From NCBI GenBank assembly GCA_024696635.1, contig JAILGP010000002.1, positions 1,276 through 65,275 of the forward strand: a DNA stretch of 64,000 nt. Reading direction: 5' to 3'. Shown here piece by piece: positions 46,320-56,771 of the stretch. The position numbers and the translations under genes were made by a program. Within the stretch, counting starts at the first letter, position 1; every line of letters begins with the position of its first letter. This DNA comes from Eubacterium sp. Its GTDB lineage: Bacteria > Bacillota > Clostridia > Lachnospirales > Lachnospiraceae. The notes under the pieces were generated by a model. That model searched no databases. It was not told the DNA's origin and saw nothing but the letters and a program-made list of their open reading frames with translations.

Positions 46320-49300
46320 ATGCCAAAGAAAAAACATAGCCGTGAGGAAAAAGCAGACTACAAGAAAAAAATGTCCCAGTTTATTCTTTTTAGTGATCAT
46401 AAATATGATGAAATCACTTCCATCTATGGCCCTAATGGTAAATTGGAAGATATGTATGGAAAAGAAAATAAAGATAAATATGATGGGATAGAAATTAATG
46501 TACCAAATAATATGGATATAAATGAGTGTACTGGTATTATTTTGGGAGCTATGATTGATCCTAATGGTTTAGATGCAGATAATATATCTATGGGGAATAA
46601 ACTATCTAAAAATGAAAAAATTGAAGGGCATCAGATGCTGATAATTGAAAATATCAATTCTGATAATAACCCTAATAGGACAAAAAATGTAGTTCCACTT
46701 TTGATTGAAAGAAAGAAGGTGGCCAGTAAAGCAATAAATTATTTTTCCAGAACTGGAAAAAATGTGGGGGTAAGTCCACTTGCTAAAAATATGGTTGATC
46801 ATGGAAGCGGTCTGGCAACTTCATGTATTCCATTTAATCCAAGGAATTCATTTTCTAAAAATTTGTTTAGTAAAAGGAATATGTCTATATACCTGGCTAA
46901 TCATGTGTATGGAAAAAAATTTGGAACATTAATGGATGAAAATAAGAAGATACAATATAAGAAACTTATTAACGTAAAAAAACAGATGGATGCAGCCGAA
47001 AAAGCTGGAAGAATTAAGGCGGAGCTTCTAAATTCTAATAATATTATTCCGGGTTCAAAAGATAGAAAGAGGCTTGTTGAAGAATTGATGTTTAATCAAC
47101 TTCTGGCTGCTACATCATGTGCTGCAATGGAAGAAATTAATAAGAAAGATAGTAATCTGCTTGACTCTATATTAAAGAAACATGGTATTACTGGCTCTAA
47201 CTTTGAAAACAATGAGTATGACGGAGACTATCGAAAACTTAATAATAATAATGAGTATAGTGTTGCTGAAAGAGAATTGAAGGAAACTATATTAGCTGCA
47301 TATCGAGAAAATACCATTACTGATATAGAAGCAATTTTGTCAGATGAAAATGGTATTGAAAAGTTAAAAAATGCTTATAAGAAGGCAATTGAAGGATCTT
47401 CCTTATATAAGGAAATGGTTAATGCTTCCAATGAAGATTTATTAGACTTAGTTATGAACTTTGATAATGAATCAAGAAAAGGACTCAATATGTTTGAGGG
47501 CGTTGATTTAAAAAATGCTGCTGAACCATATAATAATGAAAAAAAGTCTACTTTAGAATCCATAATTAAGAAAGAAACGGAAAAGATTTCTGAAGCTATA
47601 GTTAATGCTAATGTTGAATTAAATGGAGAAGAATGTGGAATTGATGATTTTGGTAATCAACAATTTATAAATAATGCATTAATAATTAATGATCTATATG
47701 ACGATTTGGATAATCTTACAGGAATTAGAGGAAGTGGACAGAATTTTAAGGATTTACAAAAGAGTCTTGGAAACTTCAAAGATTATACAAATATGTTAAA
47801 GGATACAGAGGCGGGTAATAGTTTTACAAAACAGCAATATGATGAATATATAAGACGAGGAAAAGAAGTCTTAAGGCTTACGGATAAGTATCTTGATAAT
47901 AAAGTTATAAACAGTGATTATGCTCAGACAAGATTTAATGGAGTAGCTGACTTTAAGAGGAAGTTTGCGACAAATCTTAAGATGTTTGAGAATACTTATA
48001 CTGGGTTATCGGCAAATCAAAAAGAAGCAATTGATGATTATAATAAAAAATTAGAAGAAAAATGTGATGATGCTTATAAGCAAATTGATTACTATAGAGT
48101 GCATAGAAAACCGTATGATCCTTTTACGAAGGGTAAGAATCCTCCTGGAACCCAAATTAATTCTCCGGAAGGATATTCGGTCACTAGAAATGCTGTCTAT
48201 TCTATAGCAATCATGGCTTTAGCTGCACAAAATAAAGACCCGAATAAACCGCATTATACACTTGAAGAAATTATGAATCCTAATAAGCTGGGAAAAGAAA
48301 AGGCTGAAATGTATGATAAAGCAGTGGAATGTGTAACAAACAATACTGCGGAAAATCAGAAGTGGATAGCTGAGAATATTTATAATGGCTTATTTGAGGT
48401 AGGTAAGATTGTAAATACAGAAGCTGGAAAAATTGATTTTAATAATCCGGCTTATAAAGATAGTAAGCTTTTTAATATGATTTCTTCCATTAGTTATTAT
48501 CAGTTTGATGCATGGCAGGAGCTGGCACATTGTAAAAATGAGACAGTAGCTATAGTTAAAGAAAATAATAAAAATATAGAAATTAATGATTATGATGATG
48601 CAAAACATTTTCTTTCTGGTCAGACTTCATATTTTGATGAATTTGGATCGGTTGGATTAAATAAGTTTATTTATTTAAATAAATATTTTAAAAATGGTGA
48701 TACTGCGAAATTAGGTGAATGTCTGGATAGTCTAGTGGCTCAGAGGGCTTATGAGAAAATAAATAAGGATGCCATTGAAAAAGGGGGAGACTTTAATGGA
48801 TATCTGAATGTGAAGCAAAAAGAAAAATTAGCAACTTTTGTTCATTCTAAAATGGCTGCTTTCTTTAAAGATTTAAAGAATATAGATAACAGCCCTGAAG
48901 TTAAAGATAAGATTTATAGAAAGATAGCAGACGAATCCATCGTAAAGAATATGACTCTTACGCTGGATCTGGATAATCCTGATGAGAGCAAGATTATAAG
49001 AGTAAAGGGTATTCCTAGTCTGGAGGATATAAAAGAGGAAATTGAATTTGAAAAAATCCCTGAAAAGATGGTGGCTGATTCTTTCGAAGAAAGAATTAGT
49101 AAATATGAAAAACTAAGTAATAAGGCTGAAAGGTCAGAGCAAAACAAAGGATATATGAAAGATGCTTTCGATGCTTGTAAGAAATTGCAGTCCTTGACTA
49201 AAGGTAATGAAGCTATAAGTAATGATAAGAAGAATGAAGCTATAGAATGTATCAATAAGATTATAAAGGCTGAATATATTGATATTCTTGAAAAGTCTGG

Positions 49301-49919
49301 TCTTAAAGGCCGGGATCTGGATGAATCGCTTGATGATGTAGCTAAAGAGTTTAGAGATATGCGTAACAGGGATTATATAGATAAGGCTACATTATTTAAA
49401 TATGGTGGCAGCAATTTTGTAGAGAATATTGTTACCATGAAAAAAGATAATATAGTTAAATATGCAAAAGCTCAGCTAAACAATAAAGAGTTTAAAGCTC
49501 TGGTTCAAAGAGCGGAGAATGATTTGAAGGCTAATAATTACGGAAGTAATAAGAAAAAATTTATTAAAGATGCAGTTTTGGTTATGACTAAGAAGATGAA
49601 TGACTATACTGGTCTTGGCTTTACAAAGGGTAACAAGAATTATGGTGATCTTATGGAAAGTGCAAATCTTTCGCTTCAGGATAAGAGATTTCTTGAGTTT
49701 ATTAAGAATGAAAAAAATCCTGAAAGAGCTATGACAGCTTCTGAATTTCTTGATTGGGTAAATAATGAGGAAAATGTAAAAAAATTTGTTAATGATTATA
49801 ATAAGAAATCTCATGAGATGATTGAACAGAAGAAGGCGGCTGCAGAAGCTAAGAAGAATAGTAAAAAGACTGATAAGAAGACTAATAATAAGAAGGAAGA
49901 GAAAAAGATAAAAAAATAA
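46320..49919 (+). CDS. Large hypothetical protein (1199 aa), no signal peptide or TM, Lys-rich C-terminal tail
   Basis: Long uninterrupted ORF with GGGAGG RBS and downstream terminator; no family recognised. Confidence 0.85.
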   Translation: MPKKKHSREEKADYKKKMSQFILFSDHKYDEITSIYGPNGKLEDMYGKENKDKYDGIEINVPNNMDINECTGIILGAMIDPNGLDADNISMGNKLSKNEKIEGHQMLIIENINSDNNPNRTKNVVPLLIERKKVASKAINYFSRTGKNVGVSPLAKNMVDHGSGLATSCIPFNPRNSFSKNLFSKRNMSIYLANHVYGKKFGTLMDENKKIQYKKLINVKKQMDAAEKAGRIKAELLNSNNIIPGSKDRKRLVEELMFNQLLAATSCAAMEEINKKDSNLLDSILKKHGITGSNFENNEYDGDYRKLNNNNEYSVAERELKETILAAYRENTITDIEAILSDENGIEKLKNAYKKAIEGSSLYKEMVNASNEDLLDLVMNFDNESRKGLNMFEGVDLKNAAEPYNNEKKSTLESIIKKETEKISEAIVNANVELNGEECGIDDFGNQQFINNALIINDLYDDLDNLTGIRGSGQNFKDLQKSLGNFKDYTNMLKDTEAGNSFTKQQYDEYIRRGKEVLRLTDKYLDNKVINSDYAQTRFNGVADFKRKFATNLKMFENTYTGLSANQKEAIDDYNKKLEEKCDDAYKQIDYYRVHRKPYDPFTKGKNPPGTQINSPEGYSVTRNAVYSIAIMALAAQNKDPNKPHYTLEEIMNPNKLGKEKAEMYDKAVECVTNNTAENQKWIAENIYNGLFEVGKIVNTEAGKIDFNNPAYKDSKLFNMISSISYYQFDAWQELAHCKNETVAIVKENNKNIEINDYDDAKHFLSGQTSYFDEFGSVGLNKFIYLNKYFKNGDTAKLGECLDSLVAQRAYEKINKDAIEKGGDFNGYLNVKQKEKLATFVHSKMAAFFKDLKNIDNSPEVKDKIYRKIADESIVKNMTLTLDLDNPDESKIIRVKGIPSLEDIKEEIEFEKIPEKMVADSFEERISKYEKLSNKAERSEQNKGYMKDAFDACKKLQSLTKGNEAISNDKKNEAIECINKIIKAEYIDILEKSGLKGRDLDESLDDVAKEFRDMRNRDYIDKATLFKYGGSNFVENIVTMKKDNIVKYAKAQLNNKEFKALVQRAENDLKANNYGSNKKKFIKDAVLVMTKKMNDYTGLGFTKGNKNYGDLMESANLSLQDKRFLEFIKNEKNPERAMTASEFLDWVNNEENVKKFVNDYNKKSHEMIEQKKAAAEAKKNSKKTDKKTNNKKEEKKIKK

Positions 49920-49969
49920 TAATAATTTGATAAAAGTTGAAAATTTCTATTATTCGATATGGGGTTACA

Positions 49970-50006
49970 GGATGTCCTTCCTTTGGGGAGGGCATCCCTT
50001 ATTTGT
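49970..50006 (+). terminator. Terminator after the large hypothetical gene
   Basis: ggatgtccttcc-tttg-gggagggcatcc-cttattt. Confidence 0.7.
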
Positions 50007-50393
50007 TTGGGGCATTATGAGATTATTATAAAAAATTTAAAAAAATATTACAAAAATCCAACATTATTTATATTAATTTGATTCGGTCTAACAAGTATGC
50101 CCAATATTTACTTAAAAATAACTTAACTTTTGTTTGTTTTTCTGTCTTGAAGAAATCTAAATAAAGTAGTATAACAAACACTCAGACAGCAAATGTTGTA
50201 CTTGACCTATGTTTTTTATGCGTAGTATGTGATAAAAAGATAGTTGGGATATGGTTTGAGATGTAATTAGATCTGCTCCTAAGTGGTTTGTAAAATGTCA
50301 CTTATATTTTGCTGATATGTTATTACAATGGAAAGCAGATGTTTATTACTGTCGAGTGGACTTACTTTCATGATATTTAAGGAGGTAGAAGAT

Positions 50394-51779
50394 ATGACTA
50401 AAAAGAAGACAGTAGACATGACAAATGGATCACCTTTTAAGCATATAGTTGGTTTCATGCTGCCTACACTGGTAGGGCTTATTTTCCAGCAGCTTTATAG
50501 CATGGTGGATATGGTGATCATAGGAAGATATCTGGGAGAGGATAGTCTTGCGGCTGTAGGTTCTACAGGTGCTATTAACTTTATGATAATAGGCTTCTGT
50601 ATGGGTCTTTGTACAGGCTTTGCAATTCCTATAGCACAGAAGTTTGGTGCTAAGGATTTTGTTTCTATGAGACGTTTTGTGGCTAATTCTATGTGGACAG
50701 CTGGATTTTTAGGTGTAGTCATAGCAATCATAGTTTATATATTTAGTATGGATATACTTGAACTTCTGAATACCCCATCCAATATTATAGATGAGGCCTG
50801 TATTTACATTTCCATACTCTTTATTGGTATTCCAGTTACTATTATGTATAATCTGGCAGCTGGTATTACCAGAAGTCTTGGAGACAGCAGGACTCCTGTT
50901 TACTTCCTGCTTATTTCATCGGTACTGAATATTGGTCTTGATTTTCTTATGGTTGAGTCTATGGGTATTGCGGGACCTGCCTGGGCAACTGTTATATCTC
51001 AGCTTGTATCAGGACTTCTGTGTATCAGATATATGAAACATAAATTTGATATACTCAGTCTTAAAAAGGAAGATCTTAAGCTTGATTTTAATTATGTAAC
51101 AAAGCTTCTTTATGTTGGTGTACCTATGGGACTTCAGTATTCTATAACAGCTATAGGAAGTGTTGTACTTCAGTCAGCTGTTAATATACTTGGTAGTACT
51201 TATGTTGCATCATCTGCAGCGGCTATAAAGATAAGTATATTCTTTTCAGCTCCATTTGATGCTCTTGGTTCAACAGCTGCAACCTATTCGGGACAGAATA
51301 TGGGGGCTGGAGAATATGACAGAATTAATAAGGGTATTAAGTGGTGCGTAATAATTGGAAGCGTATATTCTCTTGTGGCATTTGCAATTCTTAGCTTCTT
51401 TGGAGGAAACCTGGCGGCTCTTTTCCTGGAGAAACCAAGTGAACTTCTTATACAGAATACTTCAATGTATCTAAGATATAATGCAATGTTTTATGTGTGG
51501 CTTGCGCTTGTAAATATAATAAGATTTTCAATTCAGGGAATGGGATACTCAGTGCTTGCTATAATGGCTGGAGTATTTGAAATGATAGCGAGAAGCCTTG
51601 CGGGATCAGTTCTGGTTCCTGCATATGGTTATATAGCTGCCTGCCTTGCCAGCCCTCTTGCCTGGATACTGGCTGATGTATTCCTGATAGCTGCATATTT
51701 TGTAATAATGAGAAGACTGAAGAATAGAGATAGTATTGCAGAGAGTAGAATCAGAACTATAAAAGCAGTCGTTAGATAG
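50394..51779 (+). CDS. MATE family efflux transporter
   Basis: DMTNGSP, FQQLYSMVDMVIIGRYLG, RSLGDSRTP, NIGLD, AWATVISQ; AAGGAGG RBS. Confidence 0.93.
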   Translation: MTKKKTVDMTNGSPFKHIVGFMLPTLVGLIFQQLYSMVDMVIIGRYLGEDSLAAVGSTGAINFMIIGFCMGLCTGFAIPIAQKFGAKDFVSMRRFVANSMWTAGFLGVVIAIIVYIFSMDILELLNTPSNIIDEACIYISILFIGIPVTIMYNLAAGITRSLGDSRTPVYFLLISSVLNIGLDFLMVESMGIAGPAWATVISQLVSGLLCIRYMKHKFDILSLKKEDLKLDFNYVTKLLYVGVPMGLQYSITAIGSVVLQSAVNILGSTYVASSAAAIKISIFFSAPFDALGSTAATYSGQNMGAGEYDRINKGIKWCVIIGSVYSLVAFAILSFFGGNLAALFLEKPSELLIQNTSMYLRYNAMFYVWLALVNIIRFSIQGMGYSVLAIMAGVFEMIARSLAGSVLVPAYGYIAACLASPLAWILADVFLIAAYFVIMRRLKNRDSIAESRIRTIKAVVR

Positions 51780-51810
51780 TGTTTTTAGTGCTTTATTTTG
51801 GAAAATGCTT

Positions 51811-51839
51811 AAAAAGCCACAAAATATTGTGGCTTTTTT
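51811..51839. terminator. Bidirectional terminator
   Basis: aaaaagccaca-aaatat-tgtggctttttt. Confidence 0.75.
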
Positions 51840-51912
51840 GAATATATGATGATACAATGTCTCTGTCTATGTTCTGTAAACCAGTTAGAAGAGAAACTGT
51901 TGAGGATAAGTA

Positions 51913-53433
51913 GTGAACAAGGGAAAAAGAAAATTATTATTTGTCTTTCTGGCAATATGTATGATTATGGCTACAGTAACCGTGGGAAGCGGTAGAGCCT
52001 ATGATGTGAATCTGAATAGCGAGATTTTAAGTCCTGATAGGACTTCATCTACATCTGGTAAATCAAAGGATTCGGTCATACTTGCTTCAGATGGACAAGG
52101 AAAAAAAGATATATATGGTAATCTGGTATACAGCGTCAGTGATGAAGATACTGAGGCTGATTCTTTTGATGTTTCAGAGGATGTAAATTATAATTCGAAT
52201 AGTGGAATAGATGGTCAGCTTCTTACTGATTCTAGCGAAGAGATTGATGAAAATGTTAATCAGGATATGAATCAGGATTCAGACCAGGATTCAGGTCCTA
52301 ATGCATTAGATTATATGGATGGCAGCCAATCAGAATCTGTATCAGAATCTGTATCAGAATCTGTATCAGAAGAGAATGATACAAATAAAAGTCAGGCAGA
52401 GAAAATTTTGGACGCAATGACACTTGAAGAAAAGGTGGCACAGCTTTTTGTGGTAACACCAGATGCTCTTACCGGCGCAGTGGGGGTAACAATGGCTGGT
52501 GAAACGACTAAGACAGCTATTGATGAAAGACCTGTTGGTGGAATTATTTATATGGCGGATAATTTGATTAATCCTTCCCAGGTTCAGAAAATGCTTTCTA
52601 ATACCAATACCTATAGTGAGGAAAGGGTTGGACTTCCTATGATGCTTTGTGTTGATGAGGAAGGTGGTACGGTTGCCAGAATTGCAGGATGTGGAAGATT
52701 TATTGTAGAGGACGTAGGGAATATGTCTACAATAGGAGAGACAGGAACTGTTGATGATGCCCATAGGGTTGGTAATACAATAGGTTCCTATATGTCAGAC
52801 CTTGGCTTTAATGTTAATTTTGCTCCTGTTGCAGATGTTCTTACTAATTCTGAGAATTCTATAGTTAAGTACAGGTCCTTTGGTTCTGATGTTAATTCCG
52901 TTTCAGATATGGCAATAGCTGTGGCCGAGGGATTGAAGGAAGAAGGAATAGAAGCAACCTTTAAACATTTTCCTGGACATGGTGCAACTGCTGGAGACAC
53001 GCATCTTGGAGCTGCATTTACTACTAAAACTAAAGATGAGCTTATGGAAGTGGAGCTTGTTCCTTTCCAGAAGGCAATAGATTATGGTGCTAAGTTTATT
53101 ATGGTATCACATATTTCTGTTCCTAATATAACAGGACATGATACACCTGCTTCCCTTTCACCTGAAATGATAGATGGAATACTTAGAGGCGATATGGGAT
53201 ATAAAGGCGTTGTAATAACAGATGCTATGGATATGGGAGCTGTTTCTTCTAAGTATACTTCTGATGTGGCAGCAGTGATGGCAATTCAGGCTGGAGCAGA
53301 TATGCTGCTTATGCCGGAGGATTTTGATCTTGCTTACCAGGGACTTATGGATGCTCTTGACGCAGGAGAAATCAGTGAAGAAAGAATTGATGAGTCAGTG
53401 CTTAGGATAATAAATGCAAAGCTTGAATTATAA
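51913..53433 (+). CDS. Exported GH3 glycoside hydrolase (beta-N-acetylhexosaminidase-like) with acidic N-terminal linker
   Basis: MTLEEKVAQLF, VDEEGG.VAR, FAPVADV, KHFPGHG...DTH, MVSH, ITDAMDM. Confidence 0.88.
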   Translation: MNKGKRKLLFVFLAICMIMATVTVGSGRAYDVNLNSEILSPDRTSSTSGKSKDSVILASDGQGKKDIYGNLVYSVSDEDTEADSFDVSEDVNYNSNSGIDGQLLTDSSEEIDENVNQDMNQDSDQDSGPNALDYMDGSQSESVSESVSESVSEENDTNKSQAEKILDAMTLEEKVAQLFVVTPDALTGAVGVTMAGETTKTAIDERPVGGIIYMADNLINPSQVQKMLSNTNTYSEERVGLPMMLCVDEEGGTVARIAGCGRFIVEDVGNMSTIGETGTVDDAHRVGNTIGSYMSDLGFNVNFAPVADVLTNSENSIVKYRSFGSDVNSVSDMAIAVAEGLKEEGIEATFKHFPGHGATAGDTHLGAAFTTKTKDELMEVELVPFQKAIDYGAKFIMVSHISVPNITGHDTPASLSPEMIDGILRGDMGYKGVVITDAMDMGAVSSKYTSDVAAVMAIQAGADMLLMPEDFDLAYQGLMDALDAGEISEERIDESVLRIINAKLEL

Positions 53434-53548
53434 GTGTTAAATAATATAAGGAACAATAAATGTGTCAGACTGCAAAGAGCGGATTGGCACATTTTCTGCC
53501 TAAAAATAGTTTTATATATTACATATATAGTGATAAGGAGATATTATC

Positions 53549-54769
53549 ATGAGAGTATTTAACAAATCGGTAAAACTTAATAATGTATGTTATGATATAC
53601 GTGGACCTGTTATGGATGAAGCTAATCGAATGACTGCGGCAGGAGAGAAGATTCTTAAGCTAAATATTGGCAACCCTGCACCCTTTGGTTTCAGAGCTCC
53701 AGATGAACTTATCAAGGTTATGTCGCATAATCTTACATTTACAGAAGGTTATTCGGATTCCAAGGGAATAAGTGAGGCCAGGGAAGCTATTCTTGAATAT
53801 GATAAGAAGAAGGGGATTCCAAATGTAAATATAGATGATATTTATACAGGAAATGGAGTCAGTGAACTGATTACTCTTTCTATGCAGGGGCTTCTTGACT
53901 ATGGTGATGAAATCTTAGTTCCATCACCTGATTACCCTCTCTGGACTGCATCGGTTACACTTGCTGGAGGTACAGCGGTTCATTATATATGTGATGAAGA
54001 GTCTGGCTGGTATCCTGATCTTAAGGATATAGAGAGGAAAATCACTCCAAGAACCAAAGGTATTGTTATTATTAACCCTAATAATCCTACGGGGGCCCTT
54101 TATCCAAAGGATCTTCTTGAGAAGATAGCTGATCTTGCAGTTAAGCATGATCTTATTATTTTTGCTGATGAAATATATGACAGACTTGTAATGGATGGCA
54201 AGACGCATACATCAATTGCCAGCCTTGCTCCGGATACACTTTGCATAACATTTAACGGTTTATCCAAGTCTCATCTTATAGCGGGCTATCGTGTTGGCTG
54301 GATGTCGATTTCAGGAAACAAGGAAGGGGCTAAGGGCTATATAGAAGGAATAAAGCTTCTTTCATCCATGAGACTTTGTTCAAATGTACCTGCTCAGTCA
54401 CTTATTGCTCCTGCTCTTGGAATGCTTGAAGAAACTGAGAAGCTGGTTGAACCAGGCGGCAGAGTGTACCAGCAGAGAGAATGTATAGTTAATCTTTTGA
54501 ATGATATTCCGGGAGTTAGTGTGGTTAAGCCGGAAGCTGCATTTTATTGTTTCCCTAAGCTGGATATAAAGAAGTTTAATATTCATGATGATGAAAGATT
54601 TGCTCTGGATGTGCTTCGTAAAAAGAAGATACTCTTCACACATGGTGGCGGTTTCCATTGGGAGGTTCCGGATCATTTCCGTATAGTTTATCTTCCTGAT
54701 GAGAAGGTGCTTACAGAAGCGGCACTTGCTCTTAAGGACTTTTTGGTTGACTATAGACAGATTGATTAA
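53549..54769 (+). CDS. Class I/II aminotransferase, AlaA/AlaT (alanine-forming) type
   Basis: YDIRGPV, LNIGNPAPFGF, GNGVSELI, INPNNPTGA, DEIYD, GLSKSH..AGYRVGW. Confidence 0.9.
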   Translation: MRVFNKSVKLNNVCYDIRGPVMDEANRMTAAGEKILKLNIGNPAPFGFRAPDELIKVMSHNLTFTEGYSDSKGISEAREAILEYDKKKGIPNVNIDDIYTGNGVSELITLSMQGLLDYGDEILVPSPDYPLWTASVTLAGGTAVHYICDEESGWYPDLKDIERKITPRTKGIVIINPNNPTGALYPKDLLEKIADLAVKHDLIIFADEIYDRLVMDGKTHTSIASLAPDTLCITFNGLSKSHLIAGYRVGWMSISGNKEGAKGYIEGIKLLSSMRLCSNVPAQSLIAPALGMLEETEKLVEPGGRVYQQRECIVNLLNDIPGVSVVKPEAAFYCFPKLDIKKFNIHDDERFALDVLRKKKILFTHGGGFHWEVPDHFRIVYLPDEKVLTEAALALKDFLVDYRQID

Positions 54770-54800
54770 TAAGATTAATTTATGAAAGGTTTCTTTTAAT

Positions 54801-55532
54801 ATGGTAATTGCATGTATATTTGCTGGTGGTGTGGGCAGGCGTATGAAAAGCACTGATATGCCTAAACAATTTTTGATGGTAGGGCAGAAGCCTATTATTA
54901 TCCGCACTATGTGGCATTTTGAAAAACATCCAGAGGTGGATCATATAGTGGTAGCCTGTAAGGAGGAATGGATTGACCATCTTAATGGACTGATTCAGGA
55001 ATATGGTCTGAAGAAGGTTACTGCAGTTATACCTGGTGGAGAAACTGGTTATGCGTCTATTCATAATGGAATTATGAAGGCGGCAGAGATAATGGAGAAT
55101 AAGAAAGATATTGTGCTTATCTGTGATGGGGTAAGACCTATTTTGTCAGAAAAACTGATATCGGACTCCATAAATTATGCGAGAAAGTATGAGACAGCTG
55201 TTCCTGTAACACCAAGTATAGATTCCCTTTTATATAGTGAGGATGGTGAGGAATGCCAGAAGAGCTATGAAAGAAGCTCCATGTATGTTACTCAGGCACC
55301 TCAGGGTTATACTATGGAGAAAATTCTTTGGGCCCATGAGGAAGCTGAGAAAAGGGGAATAATAAATGCTGTTTCCTCAAGTGAGCTTTTGATTGAACTT
55401 GGAGAAAAGGTTCATCTGTTTAAAGGAGAGAGATCTAATATAAAGGTTACTACTCCAGAAGACCTGGAACATCTTCGCGCGACATTTTTTTATAGAGCAA
55501 TGCGTACCTATGCTAATGAGGAGATACAATGA
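54801..55532 (+). CDS. IspD/TarI-family cytidylyltransferase
   Basis: FAGGVGRRM, PKQFL, ICDGVRP, QAPQ, NIKVTTPED. Confidence 0.88.
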   Translation: MVIACIFAGGVGRRMKSTDMPKQFLMVGQKPIIIRTMWHFEKHPEVDHIVVACKEEWIDHLNGLIQEYGLKKVTAVIPGGETGYASIHNGIMKAAEIMENKKDIVLICDGVRPILSEKLISDSINYARKYETAVPVTPSIDSLLYSEDGEECQKSYERSSMYVTQAPQGYTMEKILWAHEEAEKRGIINAVSSSELLIELGEKVHLFKGERSNIKVTTPEDLEHLRATFFYRAMRTYANEEIQ

Positions 55533-55603
55533 AATAGTATTGCGATTTTTGGCAAAAGATGTTAGACTATATTAGTTAAATTAGGTGAAGGACAATGGTC
55601 TAA

Positions 55604-56710
55604 ATGATAAGAATTGTTAAAATGATAATAGGCCTTATGGCCGCATTTATGCTTGTCCTGATTGTTAAAGATTATATCGGTGATTACCGGGATGCTTATA
55701 ATCAGGAGCTTACAAGTACAGAGTCTAATCCGGGTGAAGAGGTGGTTGTTGAAATACCAAAAGATTCTTCAGCCAAGGAGATAGCTGAAATATTACACGA
55801 GGAAGATTTGATCCGGTTTGAACGCGCTTTTGTAAAGAGGCTTCAGTCTTCACAGTACAGAGGAAAGCTTCAGAGTGGTAAATTTACTTTGCGTAAGGGT
55901 ATGAATACCCTGGAAATGATGGAAGTCATGGCAAAGGAAGATGAGGATTCTAAGGTTATAAAATCACTTACCATTCCTGAAGGCTATTCTGTTGATATGA
56001 TTGCTGAAAAATGTCAGGAAGAAGGAATATGTTCTAAGACGGATTTTATAAACGCAGTTAAGTCGATTACTGCAAATGATTTTGAGTATCTGAGTGATGT
56101 TCCTTCGGGAGCAAGTGTAAGATATAAGCTGGAGGGTTATCTTTTTCCTGCAACTTATGATATAGCGAAGAATACAACGGCACAGGATATTGTAAAAATG
56201 ATGCTGAATGCATTCCAGTCTTATTATACAGGTGATATAAAGGCTAAGGCGCTTGAACTTGATATGAACTCATATGAGGTTCTTACAGTTGCGTCTATGA
56301 TCGAAAGGGAGGCTAAGCTTTCGCATGAAAGACCTATGATAGCTTCTGTTATATACAATCGTCAGAATAAAGGAATGTTGCTTCAGATAGACTCGACTGT
56401 ATTATATCCGCTTACTGAAGGAATGTATGACAAGGCAGAACTTGCCATCAGTGACCTTTCTTTAGATTCACCATATAATACATATGTATATGAGGGCTAT
56501 CCGGTCGGACCTATTTGTAATCCCGGACTTGCGTGTATAAGTGCAGCAGTAAATCCTGATGAGACCACATATCTATATTATCGTATAGTTGATGAAGAAA
56601 AGGGTGAGCATACATTTTCTGAAACCCTTGAAGAACATGAAGGTCTTATAGGCGGAAGCGATACAGATGGAGATGGCATAGCAGATGTGGATCCATCATC
56701 TGGTGATTAA
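55604..56710 (+). CDS. mltG: Endolytic transglycosylase MltG
   Basis: N-terminal TM, TIPEGY, LEGYLFPATY, VASMIERE, LQID, SPYNTY, GPICNPG. Confidence 0.9.
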   Translation: MIRIVKMIIGLMAAFMLVLIVKDYIGDYRDAYNQELTSTESNPGEEVVVEIPKDSSAKEIAEILHEEDLIRFERAFVKRLQSSQYRGKLQSGKFTLRKGMNTLEMMEVMAKEDEDSKVIKSLTIPEGYSVDMIAEKCQEEGICSKTDFINAVKSITANDFEYLSDVPSGASVRYKLEGYLFPATYDIAKNTTAQDIVKMMLNAFQSYYTGDIKAKALELDMNSYEVLTVASMIEREAKLSHERPMIASVIYNRQNKGMLLQIDSTVLYPLTEGMYDKAELAISDLSLDSPYNTYVYEGYPVGPICNPGLACISAAVNPDETTYLYYRIVDEEKGEHTFSETLEEHEGLIGGSDTDGDGIADVDPSSGD

Positions 56711-56771
56711 AAGAATCATTCGGAATATGACGTCTGGTCAACCGGGCGGAATGACATAATAGGAGGTAAAG

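Noticed and set aside
42831-50330. Complete ICE/IME or prophage
   Set aside because: No integrase, relaxase, VirB4, portal or capsid genes, and no convincing flanking direct repeats. The 9-mer atggggtta on both sides of the giant gene is too short to be significant.
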